The notes under the pieces were generated by a model. It made no database searches. It was not told the origin of the DNA and saw only the letters and a program-made list of their open reading frames with translations. Both the position numbers and the translations under genes were made by a program. A stretch of 64,000 nucleotides of DNA from Gemmatimonadota bacterium (GTDB lineage: Bacteria; Gemmatimonadota; Gemmatimonadetes; Longimicrobiales; Gaopeijiaceae). The DNA lies in NCBI GenBank assembly GCA_030827315.1, contig JAURER010000015.1, positions 5,624 through 69,623 of the forward strand, read 5' to 3'. The number at the start of each line of letters is the position of its first letter. Positions within the stretch are counted from its first letter, which is position 1. Below are positions 1-8,477 of the stretch, in pieces.

Positions 1-79
1 CGCCGGAAACGGCGCGGTGTCCATCTATACTCGGTAGCGAGCGAACCGTCGGCGAGGTCGAGCCCTGCGACGGGGCTTC

Positions 80-301
80 TCAGGTTTGACTGGTTTCGTT
101 CTCTCCCGGGGCCAGGCCGAGACCCCATCCGCCCTGCGCGCGAACGGCCACCGCACTCAGGAGCGCCTCGACCCCGCGACGTCCCTTGCCCAGGGACCAG
201 GCGTACATTTTCCGGAAGCTGAGGGCTGTGCCCAGGGCGATGAGCACCGTCCCAGCGGTCGCGATGAAGCCTGCCATGGCGCCCGTGAACGGCCAGATCA
301 C
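80..301 (-). CDS. hypothetical small membrane protein (73 aa)
   Basis: ATG-initiated ORF with strong G/C at codon position 3. Has a hydrophobic stretch FTGAMAGFIATAGTVLIALGTAL and a second short one. No family recognised. Confidence 0.35.
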   Translation of the reverse strand: MIWPFTGAMAGFIATAGTVLIALGTALSFRKMYAWSLGKGRRGVEALLSAVAVRAQGGWGLGLAPGENETSQT

Positions 302-410
302 CGCCCACGACCCGGCGAGCCAGGATGCCGCGCCGCTTCCTCCTCGCTGAGAGGACCCTCAACACGGTCAGTCATGCGGGATTCCGAGGCCGGGGTCTGG
401 TGCACAAGGG

Positions 411-1382
411 TCAAGAAGGCGTCTGGAAGCCGACTGTGAGCCGGAGCAACGTGGCTTCAACCCACCAGATGTCATAGAAGCCCGAGTCCGACCCTCGATC
501 GGTCGCGAAAAAGAAGTGGCGGCCGTCGGGCGAGAAGCTCGGCCAGCCGTCGTTCGCAGCCGAATTGATCGGTTCTGGCAGGAGTACCGGATCCTTCCAG
601 CCATATTCCGTCCGCTCGGCAATGTACAGGTCCTGTTCGCCGTATCCGTCGGCATCGCGGTACGCCTGGAAGACGAGGAAGCGGCCGTCGGGAGAGAGTA
701 CGGGGTTCGACTCCTCGCCGTGTGAGTTGATGCGGAGTGGCCGGGGCTCCGAAAAGCCCCCCGCTCCGTCCGGCGACGCGACGTAGAGGTCACTACCCCA
801 TGCCGGATCCGATCGCGTCCAGTAGAGAAGGGATCCGTCCGCGAGCAGCGTCGGGCCGAGCTCGGTGCCCAGCGTGTAGCGACCCAGGTCCTGCGCGGGC
901 TGGTTGACCGCTCCCGCGATCGGGCGAGGGGCACCCCACCCTTCGTCGACCCGCTCGACGACCCAGAGGTTGTCGTTCGGTTCGACCTGACCCGGGATCG
1001 GACGGCGCGAGGAGAACAGCAGGGCTCGGCCGTCGGCGGTCAGGGACGGACCCTCGTCTCGATCCGTGGAGAACGGGGTCGGCTCCGGGGCGCTCCAGCC
1101 TCCCTGCGCATAGCGTGTCACCAGGATGCCAGGCGGGCCGCGTTGCGAGCGTCGAGTGAAGTACGCCTCTCTCCCGTCGGGCGCGAAGGTGATGTCGTAG
1201 TCATGCTCGTTCGAGGAGATCACGCCTGGCGCGAAGACCGTCGGGGTCGGCACGGACTCGAGCTGCCACTCGGCCGGGGCCTCGCCGCAGGCCGCGAGCG
1301 AGAGGGTCCACAGCCCGAGCGCGACGCCGGCAGGCCAGGCCTCGCGGCGGGTCGCCTCGCACCTCGGGGCGTTGTGCTCCAC
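411..1382 (-). CDS. TolB-like beta-propeller (PD40/WD40-like repeat) lipoprotein
   Basis: Lipobox LSLAAC near the N-terminus. Repeated PD40-type motifs FAPDGREAYF, LTADGRALLFSS, LSPDGRFLVFQA, FSPDGRHFFFAT. GTG start at 1382. Lies 6 nt downstream of arsM. Confidence 0.75.
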   Translation of the reverse strand: MEHNAPRCEATRREAWPAGVALGLWTLSLAACGEAPAEWQLESVPTPTVFAPGVISSNEHDYDITFAPDGREAYFTRRSQRGPPGILVTRYAQGGWSAPEPTPFSTDRDEGPSLTADGRALLFSSRRPIPGQVEPNDNLWVVERVDEGWGAPRPIAGAVNQPAQDLGRYTLGTELGPTLLADGSLLYWTRSDPAWGSDLYVASPDGAGGFSEPRPLRINSHGEESNPVLSPDGRFLVFQAYRDADGYGEQDLYIAERTEYGWKDPVLLPEPINSAANDGWPSFSPDGRHFFFATDRGSDSGFYDIWWVEATLLRLTVGFQTPS

Positions 1383-1388
1383 CGCGGC

Positions 1389-2246
1389 TCAGCTCTTCGT
1401 TGCGGCGAAGTGAGCTCCCGCGATGGACGAAGCGAAACGCTCGGTCTCACCCCTCGTCTCCGGGTGTGCCGCCAGGAACGCGCGCACCCCGTCGTCTCCG
1501 AGAATGTAGCTGGAGGGGTAGGGCGTTTCGGCCGTGATCCGCGCGTCACTGAACCCCGCCCGGCGAAACTCCGCGAGATAGACGTCGCGCATCGTCGGGA
1601 GGCATGCCGCGACCGCGTCGAGGTTGCTGGCCAGAGCCTCGGGGACGGGCACGTCGGACACCATGTCGGACACCACGAGTCGACCGCCCGGACGCAGAAC
1701 CCGGAAGGCCTCGGAGAGTACCCGGTCCTTTCGGCTGCTCAGATTCAGCACGCAGTTGGAGATGATCACGTCCACGGATGCGTCGGCCACGGGGAGGGCC
1801 TCGATTTCCCCCAGGCGGAATTCCACGTTCGTGCAGCCCGCACGGGCGGCGTTCGAACGGGCACGCTCCACCATCTCCGGCGTCATGTCGACTCCGATGA
1901 CGCGCCCGCTCTCGCCGACCTGTGCTCCCGCCAGGAAACAGTCGATTCCCGCACCGGAGCCGAGGTCGAGTACCGTCTCTCCGGGCCGGAGCTCCGCGAT
2001 GGCGGTCGGGTTGCCGCAACCAAGCCCGAGGTTGGCGTCCTCGGGAAGCTGTGCCAGTTGCGCATCCGAGTAACCGATGGAGCGGCTCACTTCCTGCGCG
2101 TCGATGGAGGTTCCGGGGCCGCCGCATGCAGGCTGGCAACACGGCGACCCGTTCGCGGCGACCCGTGCATATCGGTCGCGTACGGCCCCTCGTCGCGCGC
2201 TGGCGGTATGCGCGCCGGTGCTGTCTTCTGTGTGCATGGGCCTCAC
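1389..2246 (-). CDS. arsM: SAM-dependent methyltransferase, arsenite methyltransferase (ArsM/AS3MT)-like
   Basis: SAM motif VLDLGSGAGID, then VIISNCVLNL and LRPGGRLVVSDMV. Conserved-looking cysteines in PCCQPAC, LGCGNP, SNCV and AACL, as in the ArsM family. Start overlaps the M23 stop by 4 nt. Confidence 0.75.
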   Translation of the reverse strand: MRPMHTEDSTGAHTASARRGAVRDRYARVAANGSPCCQPACGGPGTSIDAQEVSRSIGYSDAQLAQLPEDANLGLGCGNPTAIAELRPGETVLDLGSGAGIDCFLAGAQVGESGRVIGVDMTPEMVERARSNAARAGCTNVEFRLGEIEALPVADASVDVIISNCVLNLSSRKDRVLSEAFRVLRPGGRLVVSDMVSDVPVPEALASNLDAVAACLPTMRDVYLAEFRRAGFSDARITAETPYPSSYILGDDGVRAFLAAHPETRGETERFASSIAGAHFAATKS

Positions 2247-3280
2247 CTCCCGGACTGGGTTACGTCGGGCCGGGCAGTCTGCAGGGTGTCGCCACGAACG
2301 ACGCAGCAGGATCCTTCCGAAGTTTCAGGGCGCTCGGCGGGGGCCCGGCTCACCTCCAGGAGGCTGCGCGGATCCACGCTCGTGCTTCCGTACCGCACGA
2401 CCCAGTGGAGGTGCGGGCCGGTGACGCGCCCCGTCGCCCCGACCCGACCGACGGGCTCTCCGGCCTCCACCGTGTCGCCCGGAGAAACGAGCGGTTCACT
2501 GAGGTGGAAGTAGCCGCTGACCACCCCCGCGCCATGGTTGAGGTAGACCACGTTGCCCGCGAGCAGGAACGGTTCGACGACCTGCACGACCCCCCGGGCC
2601 GCGGCCAGGACGGTGTCGCCCTGCACGCCCTGCAGATCGAGACCGAGATGGCGACTCGAAACCTGTCCGTTAAAGACCCGTCCGTCGCCGAAACCACTGG
2701 TGACGCGGCTGCTGCGCGGCAGGACCACGCGCTCGTTCCAGAGGCGGGGGGTGCGATGAGCAGCCGCGGAGACCGAAGCCGCCCGGGCCCGATCGCGTTC
2801 GAGCTGCACCTGGTCTGCCGAATCCGGCGGTGCGCCGAATCTCGGCGCGACAGTGAGGCGCTCGTGACGATACTCCCCGCGGGTGACCGGAATCCGGGCG
2901 GTGAGCTTCTTCTCCCCGCCGCTCTCGAAAAGCACGCGCAGCTCGGCCTCCACCACCGTATCGGCATCGACGGGAACGGCCGCGATGCTCTCGAACGTCC
3001 CCGCCTCCGGGCGCCCGAAGTGGAGTTCCTCTCCGGCGACCGCGCCGTGGACGCCGATCAGCGGGGTGTGCCTCGACGCGACGACCCGAAGCGTGAAGAG
3101 TCGTCCTTCTCCGGGTGCCGCGGGGCTCCAGCTGATTTCGGGGTCCATCCGAATGACGGGCTGCGAGGCTGTGGCGCCCGACGCGTCCGCCTCCGCCAGG
3201 AACGAGCCCGGGCCGAAGACGAGCACCGCGCCGACGATCGGGACCGTCCAGATGATTCCCCGGAGCACGCCTCCCGTCAC
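2243..3280 (-). CDS. M23 family metallopeptidase (LytM-type)
   Basis: N-terminal hydrophobic anchor. C-terminal M23 motifs HLGLDLQG, NHGAGVVSGYFHLSE, TGRVTGPHLHWVV. Confidence 0.85.
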   Translation of the reverse strand: MTGGVLRGIIWTVPIVGAVLVFGPGSFLAEADASGATASQPVIRMDPEISWSPAAPGEGRLFTLRVVASRHTPLIGVHGAVAGEELHFGRPEAGTFESIAAVPVDADTVVEAELRVLFESGGEKKLTARIPVTRGEYRHERLTVAPRFGAPPDSADQVQLERDRARAASVSAAAHRTPRLWNERVVLPRSSRVTSGFGDGRVFNGQVSSRHLGLDLQGVQGDTVLAAARGVVQVVEPFLLAGNVVYLNHGAGVVSGYFHLSEPLVSPGDTVEAGEPVGRVGATGRVTGPHLHWVVRYGSTSVDPRSLLEVSRAPAERPETSEGSCCVVRGDTLQTARPDVTQSGR

Positions 3281-3290
3281 GCTCGGCCCC

Positions 3291-4070
3291 TTAGCGAGAA
3301 TCCCCGCCGCTCTGCGACGACAAGGTCTCTCCGTGGATCACCGCCAGGATCTGACGAAAGGCATCCAGGGGAAGCGCTCCCTGGATCGGCGGATAGGTAT
3401 CGGCGCCGAGGACGATGAACGTAGGTGTGCCACGAACCGCCAGCTGTGCCGCGAGGCTGGTCGCCTCGGAGATACGTCGGATCTGGGCATCTCCGGCGAG
3501 GCAGGTGTCGAATGCGTCCATGTCGACGCCGAGATCCGCCACCCAGGCACGCACGACTCCGGCTGCACCGTTTCCGGCTCCCTTCCACTCCTGCTGCTCG
3601 TTCCAGAGCCGGTGGTTCAACCGCTCGAACGCGAGAACGTCGATCTGGTAGGCGCACTCGGCCGCGGACGTGGCCGGCAGGGACGTTTCCCACATGCCGG
3701 TGATGTAGGGCACGAACTTCCACTCGACCATTCCCGTCTCGATGAATTCTGCGAGGAGCGTGGGGAAGGTTTCCTCATGGAACTGACGGCAGTACCCGCA
3801 GCCGTAGTCGGACATTTCGACGACCTTCACCGGCGCGTCGACCGACCCGCGGTTGATCCCGACCTCCGACACCCGAACACGCGGACCCCCGTCGTCGGTA
3901 ATGGCCGAGGTCGATGGAATCATGGTGGAGACGCCATCGCTCGCCGGCTGGTCGAGCAGCGCACGGGTGACGTCCGAGGTGGCGCCGTCCGGGCGGGCGT
4001 CCGGGTCGGAACACGCGGCCATGGCGAGAGCGAGACACAGCGGAACGAACGCGAAACGATCGAGCTTCAT
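3291..4070 (-). CDS. DsbA-family thiol:disulfide oxidoreductase lipoprotein
   Basis: Signal peptide plus lipobox MKLDRFAFVPLCLALAMAACS. Thioredoxin-fold CGYC active site (MSDYGCGYCRQF). GTPTFIV motif near the C-terminus. The upstream 172 codons of the track ORF overlap ccdA out of frame and are rejected. Confidence 0.8.
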   Translation of the reverse strand: MKLDRFAFVPLCLALAMAACSDPDARPDGATSDVTRALLDQPASDGVSTMIPSTSAITDDGGPRVRVSEVGINRGSVDAPVKVVEMSDYGCGYCRQFHEETFPTLLAEFIETGMVEWKFVPYITGMWETSLPATSAAECAYQIDVLAFERLNHRLWNEQQEWKGAGNGAAGVVRAWVADLGVDMDAFDTCLAGDAQIRRISEATSLAAQLAVRGTPTFIVLGADTYPPIQGALPLDAFRQILAVIHGETLSSQSGGDSR

Positions 4071-4804
4071 CGGAAGTCCAGATTTACGAGTTGTCCCATC
4101 CCGGCCAGGAAGGCCGTGATGGAGGTGAAACGCCCGGACACCATCAGAAGTCCGATGACGAGGAGCACGGCCCCCGCCGCCCTCTGGAGCGGCACGAGCC
4201 AGGCTCGAGCGGCTGCGCTTCCCGCCAGGAACCAGTTGAGGCCGACCGAGGACAGAACGAACGGGATTCCCATGCCAAGTGCATACACCCCGAGGAGCAA
4301 AGTTCCCTCCGCCATCGTCTCCTGGAGTCCCGCATACAGTAGAATCGAAGCGAGGATAGGGCCAATGCAGGGAGTCCAGCCCGCGCCGAAGGCGATGCCC
4401 ACGAGGAGCGATCCCGCCCCACCCACCGGCCGATCTCGGAGGTGGACCCTCATCTCCTTGCCGAAAGCCGGCAGCCTGAGCAGGCCCAGCAGGTAGAGCC
4501 CGAAGAGCACCATCACCACGCCACCGGCCCGCGTAATCCAGGGCAGGGCTTCGGCCACCGCACGTCCGGCGGCCGAGGCCACCCACCCCATCGTCATGAA
4601 GACGAGGGAGAAGCCGAGGACGAAGAGCACCGAGTGCAGTACCGCCGCCCGGCGCACCGCCGGAGTCGGCCGGTCCGCGAGCTCACCGAGCGTGAGGCCC
4701 GAGACGAACGCGAGGTAGCTCGGCACCACCGGGAGCACGCACGGAGACAGAAACGAGACCAGTCCGGCGAGAAATGCGAGCGGGAAGGATACCTGGACTT
4801 CCAT
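4067..4804 (-). CDS. ccdA: cytochrome c biogenesis / thiol-disulfide electron transfer membrane protein CcdA (DsbD core)
   Basis: Polytopic membrane protein. CcdA signatures FLSPCVLPVVPSYLAF and GWTPCIGPIL. 4-nt overlap with the downstream dsbA-like gene. Confidence 0.85.
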   Translation of the reverse strand: MEVQVSFPLAFLAGLVSFLSPCVLPVVPSYLAFVSGLTLGELADRPTPAVRRAAVLHSVLFVLGFSLVFMTMGWVASAAGRAVAEALPWITRAGGVVMVLFGLYLLGLLRLPAFGKEMRVHLRDRPVGGAGSLLVGIAFGAGWTPCIGPILASILLYAGLQETMAEGTLLLGVYALGMGIPFVLSSVGLNWFLAGSAAARAWLVPLQRAAGAVLLVIGLLMVSGRFTSITAFLAGMGQLVNLDFR

Positions 4805-4920
4805 CGAGTCAGAGCCGGAAGTCCGTGCCCACGTTCACCGGCGTCCGGAGCCCATGGACATCCTCGTCGGCGTTCAGGAGCTCGAAGCTGCGCCGAAGCT
4901 TCGGGTGACTCAAGATTAGA

Positions 4921-4926
4921 ATCATA
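4921..4926 (-). promoter_or_regulatory. -10-like hexamer TATGAT in a short AT-rich island upstream of ccdA
   Basis: Minus strand reads TCGACA-N13-TATGAT inside the only AT-rich patch of the 200-bp RDD/ccdA spacer. The spacing to the -35-like TCGACA is too short for a canonical sigma70 promoter. Weak call. Confidence 0.25.
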
Positions 4927-5005
4927 ATTTTGCTTCTTTTGTCGAGCCGGGCCTGGACGTTCCCGGTGCGTTCGCCGCGCGCCGACGTGGCCTCCGCCGG
5001 TTTCC

Positions 5006-6271
5006 TCACAGCGCGCTCTCCCAGTCTGCGACCTTCTTCGCACCGTCCTGCACCACGACCGTGCCCACGATCCGGTCGTGGATCGCCTGCCCGTTGGCGT
5101 CCCACCAGATCTGAGCGAAGCCGAGCAGGCCCGTCGCGAGACCGGCCGCGTATCCTCCGACGCGCTCGAAAGCCACCCACCAGGTGATCGGAGCGCCATC
5201 GAGGCGCACCACGCGGATGCGCATCAGACGCTTTCCGACGGTTTGCCCCTTCCACCACGCGAGGATCACCGTCATGTAGACCGCCGCCCAACCAAACCCG
5301 AAACCGAGGTCCTCACCGAGATCGAGGAGTCGCCCGAGGATCCCGCGAGACTCGGCCTCTCCCAGCTCCTGCCGCGTCTCCTCCAGCTGCGACTCGAGTC
5401 GCGCACTCTGACGCTCCAGGCGGGCCGAGCGTGCGGCGAGGACCGACACGGAGTCGGCGGCCACCGCCGCGAACACCCGTTCGCGAAGGACTTGGAGTCG
5501 CGCGGCCACGGCTTCGGCCCCGGTCGTATCGGCGAGAAGGTCGGCGTATTCCCTGAACGCGGCTTGGTCCGAATATGCGGAGACCTCCGCCCGAGTGGCC
5601 GCCACCACGGTTCCGGCCCCGGCGGCACTCGACTCCCTCGGTCCGGCCTGCGAGTCTGTGCCGGCGACGAGGCTGTCGACGAGCGCCTCCCACTCCTGAC
5701 GCCACGACACGGATTCCGCGACGCCGTCGAGCAGTGCCTCCCGGATCAGCGCGTCAGGCAGTCCGAGATTGCGCACCGCGGGCATCACCTCTTCCGCCAC
5801 GACGAGAGCCGCCTCCGGCGAGTCCGCCTCCTCGAGTCCCTCGAGCGCGACCGCGGCACCGAGACCTTCCAGCATCTGGCCGGTTCGCGCGACGACCGCG
5901 CGTGCGGCCTCCTCGCGAGGTCCCTCTCGATCGAAGTCGATGCCGAACGAGGTCCACAGGGCCGCGGTCACGATGGCAACCAGGAGGCCGAGGCACCCCA
6001 CCGAGGCACGCATCGCGCGACCAAAGACGCCTCCGCTTACCGGCGTCCGGCGGAAGCCCGCCCGGATGAACAGAGCGGCGATGACGAGGCCGAGGATGAG
6101 CGAAAAGCTCCTCGTGACCGCTGTGATCAGCAGAATGACCACTCCGTCGATCAGCAGGGCAGCCGCGCGGCGGCCGGGCCTGGCCAGCGGCGTCCCGATC
6201 AGATCCGCCGAAATCTCGAACGCATCGGGGGTGACGATGGTGCGCGGGTCCCGGTGACCCGTGGCAGCCAT
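5006..6271 (-). CDS. RDD family membrane protein with a ~200-aa coiled-coil-containing insertion
   Basis: N-terminal part RRAAALLIDGVVILLI plus TM helices. C-terminal part GKRLMRIRVV...WWDANGQAIHDRIVGTVVV is typical RDD. The central soluble region has the heptad-like stretch ARSARLERQSARLESQLEETRQEL. Confidence 0.7.
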   Translation of the reverse strand: MAATGHRDPRTIVTPDAFEISADLIGTPLARPGRRAAALLIDGVVILLITAVTRSFSLILGLVIAALFIRAGFRRTPVSGGVFGRAMRASVGCLGLLVAIVTAALWTSFGIDFDREGPREEAARAVVARTGQMLEGLGAAVALEGLEEADSPEAALVVAEEVMPAVRNLGLPDALIREALLDGVAESVSWRQEWEALVDSLVAGTDSQAGPRESSAAGAGTVVAATRAEVSAYSDQAAFREYADLLADTTGAEAVAARLQVLRERVFAAVAADSVSVLAARSARLERQSARLESQLEETRQELGEAESRGILGRLLDLGEDLGFGFGWAAVYMTVILAWWKGQTVGKRLMRIRVVRLDGAPITWWVAFERVGGYAAGLATGLLGFAQIWWDANGQAIHDRIVGTVVVQDGAKKVADWESAL

Positions 6272-6272
6272 T

Positions 6273-6767
6273 TCAGCGGCGCCGGGTCCAGAGCACCAGG
6301 ACGAGTCCGACGACGCCCCCGATCAACGCACCCGTGGCGATCGTTCTCAGGTCCGGTGCCACGAACGCGGAGGGGGGCGGAGCGGGCGGGAGACCATTCC
6401 ACTCCCCATAGACCTCGGATTCCGAAGCCGAAGCCGCGTCGCCCCCGGGGTCGTGCGGACCTCGGTGGTCGTGGCCGTGTCGCGCGGCGTCCTCGTCGAC
6501 ATAACCCGTGGCCTCATCGACGTTTCCGTCCCAGGCGCATGTGGGGCACTCGAGGCTTCCACGCTCCTTCGCAGTCCGGTTGGAGTATCCCACCTCCGCT
6601 CCGCACAGGGGGCATCCGAGCCCGCTGGGCTGGGGTCGGATCACGCCGTAGAGTGCGCCTTTCGAGAGGTCGAGCTTGTCGGCGATCTGATTCACGCTCC
6701 GACCGGAGTCCCAGTAGAGCTGGTTCACCCGCTCGATCGCTTCCGGAGTCAGCTCTGATGCGTGCAT
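6273..6767 (-). CDS. membrane-anchored HTH + zinc-ribbon protein (hypothetical regulator)
   Basis: ATG at 6767. HTH-like SGRSVNQIADKLDLSKGALYGVI. Two CxxC pairs (CPLC...CPTC). Acidic/His-rich linker. C-terminal TM helix IATGALIGGVVGLVLVLW followed by TRRR. Stop is 1 nt from the RDD start. Confidence 0.55.
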   Translation of the reverse strand: MHASELTPEAIERVNQLYWDSGRSVNQIADKLDLSKGALYGVIRPQPSGLGCPLCGAEVGYSNRTAKERGSLECPTCAWDGNVDEATGYVDEDAARHGHDHRGPHDPGGDAASASESEVYGEWNGLPPAPPPSAFVAPDLRTIATGALIGGVVGLVLVLWTRRR

Positions 6768-6886
6768 GAACACTCCTGCTTGACCTGTGTCGGCAACGCG
6801 ATGAACATAACGCTCCGCCCACAGCCGACAAAAGCCGTAAGTGTTGGTCGGACCGCGGGTTTCCACCCTCTCCGACCCGGCCTTTC

Positions 6887-7531
6887 GTGAAGATTCCCGT
6901 CGCACACGGTCACCTCGAGGCGATTCTCAAGGAGCCGGACGGTCCTGCCCGCGGCGCGTCCGTGGTCTGCCACCCGCACCCGCTGCACGGCGGGACGATG
7001 CACACGAAGGCCGTCTATCGAGCTGCCCAGGGGCTGAGCGAGGCGGGGCTCGTCACCCTCCGCTTCAACTTTCGCGGCGTGGGGACGAGCACCGGCAGCC
7101 ACGACGAGGGGATCGGCGAGCAGGAGGACGTGCTGGCTGCCCTCGACTGGCTCGAAGCCGCCTACCCGCATTTGCCCATCGTCGTGGGTGGCTTCTCGTT
7201 CGGTTCCATGGTAGGTCTCTCCGTCGGCGCCCGCGATGCTCGTGTCGTTGCGCTGCTCGGCCTCGGTCTCCCGGTGGACCTGAGCGAGCGCTACGATTTC
7301 GCCTACCTCGAGGATACGGCCAAACCCATCCTGGTGGTGCAGGGGGAGAACGACGAATTCGGCTCCGGGGCGCGCCTGGCTGCGGTACTCGGCGGCCTCG
7401 GGAGTCATATCACGATCGTCCGCGTGTCGGACACCGATCACTTCTTCTCGGGTAAGCTCGATGAACTTCGGGACGCCGTCCGGGGCTATTACGACTCGGG
7501 TCCGGGCGCGAGGGTTCTTCTCGCGATCTGA
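6887..7531 (+). CDS. alpha/beta hydrolase (COG2945-like)
   Basis: GTG start. N-terminus GASVVCHPHPLHGGTMHTKAV and nucleophile elbow GFSFGS are typical of this small hydrolase family. Confidence 0.75.
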   Translation: MKIPVAHGHLEAILKEPDGPARGASVVCHPHPLHGGTMHTKAVYRAAQGLSEAGLVTLRFNFRGVGTSTGSHDEGIGEQEDVLAALDWLEAAYPHLPIVVGGFSFGSMVGLSVGARDARVVALLGLGLPVDLSERYDFAYLEDTAKPILVVQGENDEFGSGARLAAVLGGLGSHITIVRVSDTDHFFSGKLDELRDAVRGYYDSGPGARVLLAI

Positions 7532-7582
7532 GCGAACCTCCCGGTGCGAGTCGACATGAGGGCAGGAGCGCAGGAGCATCGA

Positions 7583-7825
7583 ATGCGAAGCCGGGACCGG
7601 GTATTGCAGAGTCTAGAGAACGTGTACAGGAGCGCCTTCTCCGCCGCCGAGGCGGCCGGAGACGCCGAGCGGATGGGAACGCTGGACATGGACTACCAGC
7701 GCGATCAGCTGCAACTCGAGGTGCTGCTCGACATACGGGACCTCCTCACACCCGAGGAGGCCGACAAGACGATTTCGTTGCTCGAGAAGGCCCAGAGCAT
7801 CCGGAAGCTGACACGACTGCGTTGA
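7583..7825 (+). CDS. hypothetical small helical protein
   Basis: ATG at 7583 preceded by AGGAG 8 nt upstream. Good GC3. No family recognised. The ORF could also start at 7544 or 7556. Confidence 0.4.
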   Translation: MRSRDRVLQSLENVYRSAFSAAEAAGDAERMGTLDMDYQRDQLQLEVLLDIRDLLTPEEADKTISLLEKAQSIRKLTRLR

Positions 7826-7841
7826 CGAGGGCGCTGCGGCC

Positions 7842-8414
7842 ATGAAGATCTATACCCGTACCGGAGACGACGGCGGCACCGCTCTCTTCGGGGGAGGCCG
7901 GGTTCGAAAGCACGATCCTCGCGTCGAGGCGTACGGGACGGTGGACGAGCTCAATGCAGTCGTGGGCTGGGCACTGACGCAGGTGGCCGACCCCGTCGTC
8001 CGGACACGGCTCGGGCTCGTGCAGCACGATCTCTTCACGCTCGGGTCGGAGCTTGCGACCCCGCCCGCGGCGGACGGCCGCCGCCGGCCGGAGACTCCGC
8101 CGCTCCCGGTGGAGCGGATTGCCTCCATGGAGCGCTGGATGGACGGGGCCGACGAGGAGCTCCCGCCGTTGCGCGCGTTCATCCTGCCGGGCGGATCCGA
8201 CGGGGCAGCCGCGTTGCACGTGGCCCGGACGGTGTGCCGGCGCGCCGAGCGAGCGGTCGTCGCCCTCGCGGAGGCCGGACCCGTAGACGCCGAGGTCGTC
8301 ACCTACCTGAACCGGCTCTCCGACCTGCTCTTCACCTTCGCCCGGGTGGAGAACCTCCGGGCAGGCCGTCCGGACGTGGAGTGGGAGAAGCTGTCGGGCC
8401 TCGAGGAAGCTTGA
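7842..8414 (+). CDS. PduO-type ATP:cob(I)alamin adenosyltransferase
   Basis: N-terminus MKIYTRTGDDGGTALFGGGRVRKHDPRVEAYGTVDELNA and C-terminal YLNRLSDLLF are hallmark PduO/MMAB motifs. Confidence 0.9.
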   Translation: MKIYTRTGDDGGTALFGGGRVRKHDPRVEAYGTVDELNAVVGWALTQVADPVVRTRLGLVQHDLFTLGSELATPPAADGRRRPETPPLPVERIASMERWMDGADEELPPLRAFILPGGSDGAAALHVARTVCRRAERAVVALAEAGPVDAEVVTYLNRLSDLLFTFARVENLRAGRPDVEWEKLSGLEEA

Positions 8415-8477
8415 ACCCCACCATGGGCGTTTCGTCACGCGGACGAGCCATTGCCTGACGGCGGGCGCGCCGCACGC

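Noticed and set aside
3291-4586. Long N-terminal extension of the DsbA-like ORF
   Set aside because: The upstream 172 codons overlap ccdA out of frame and are Gly/Arg-rich. The lipoprotein signal peptide begins at the ATG at 4070, which also gives the typical 4-nt overlap with ccdA.
4809-4925. 38-codon ORF (MILILSHPKLRR...) ending 4 nt before ccdA
   Set aside because: No SD. Its ATG lies inside the -10-like TATGAT of the AT-rich island. No recognisable family. Kept only as a remote possibility of a leader peptide.
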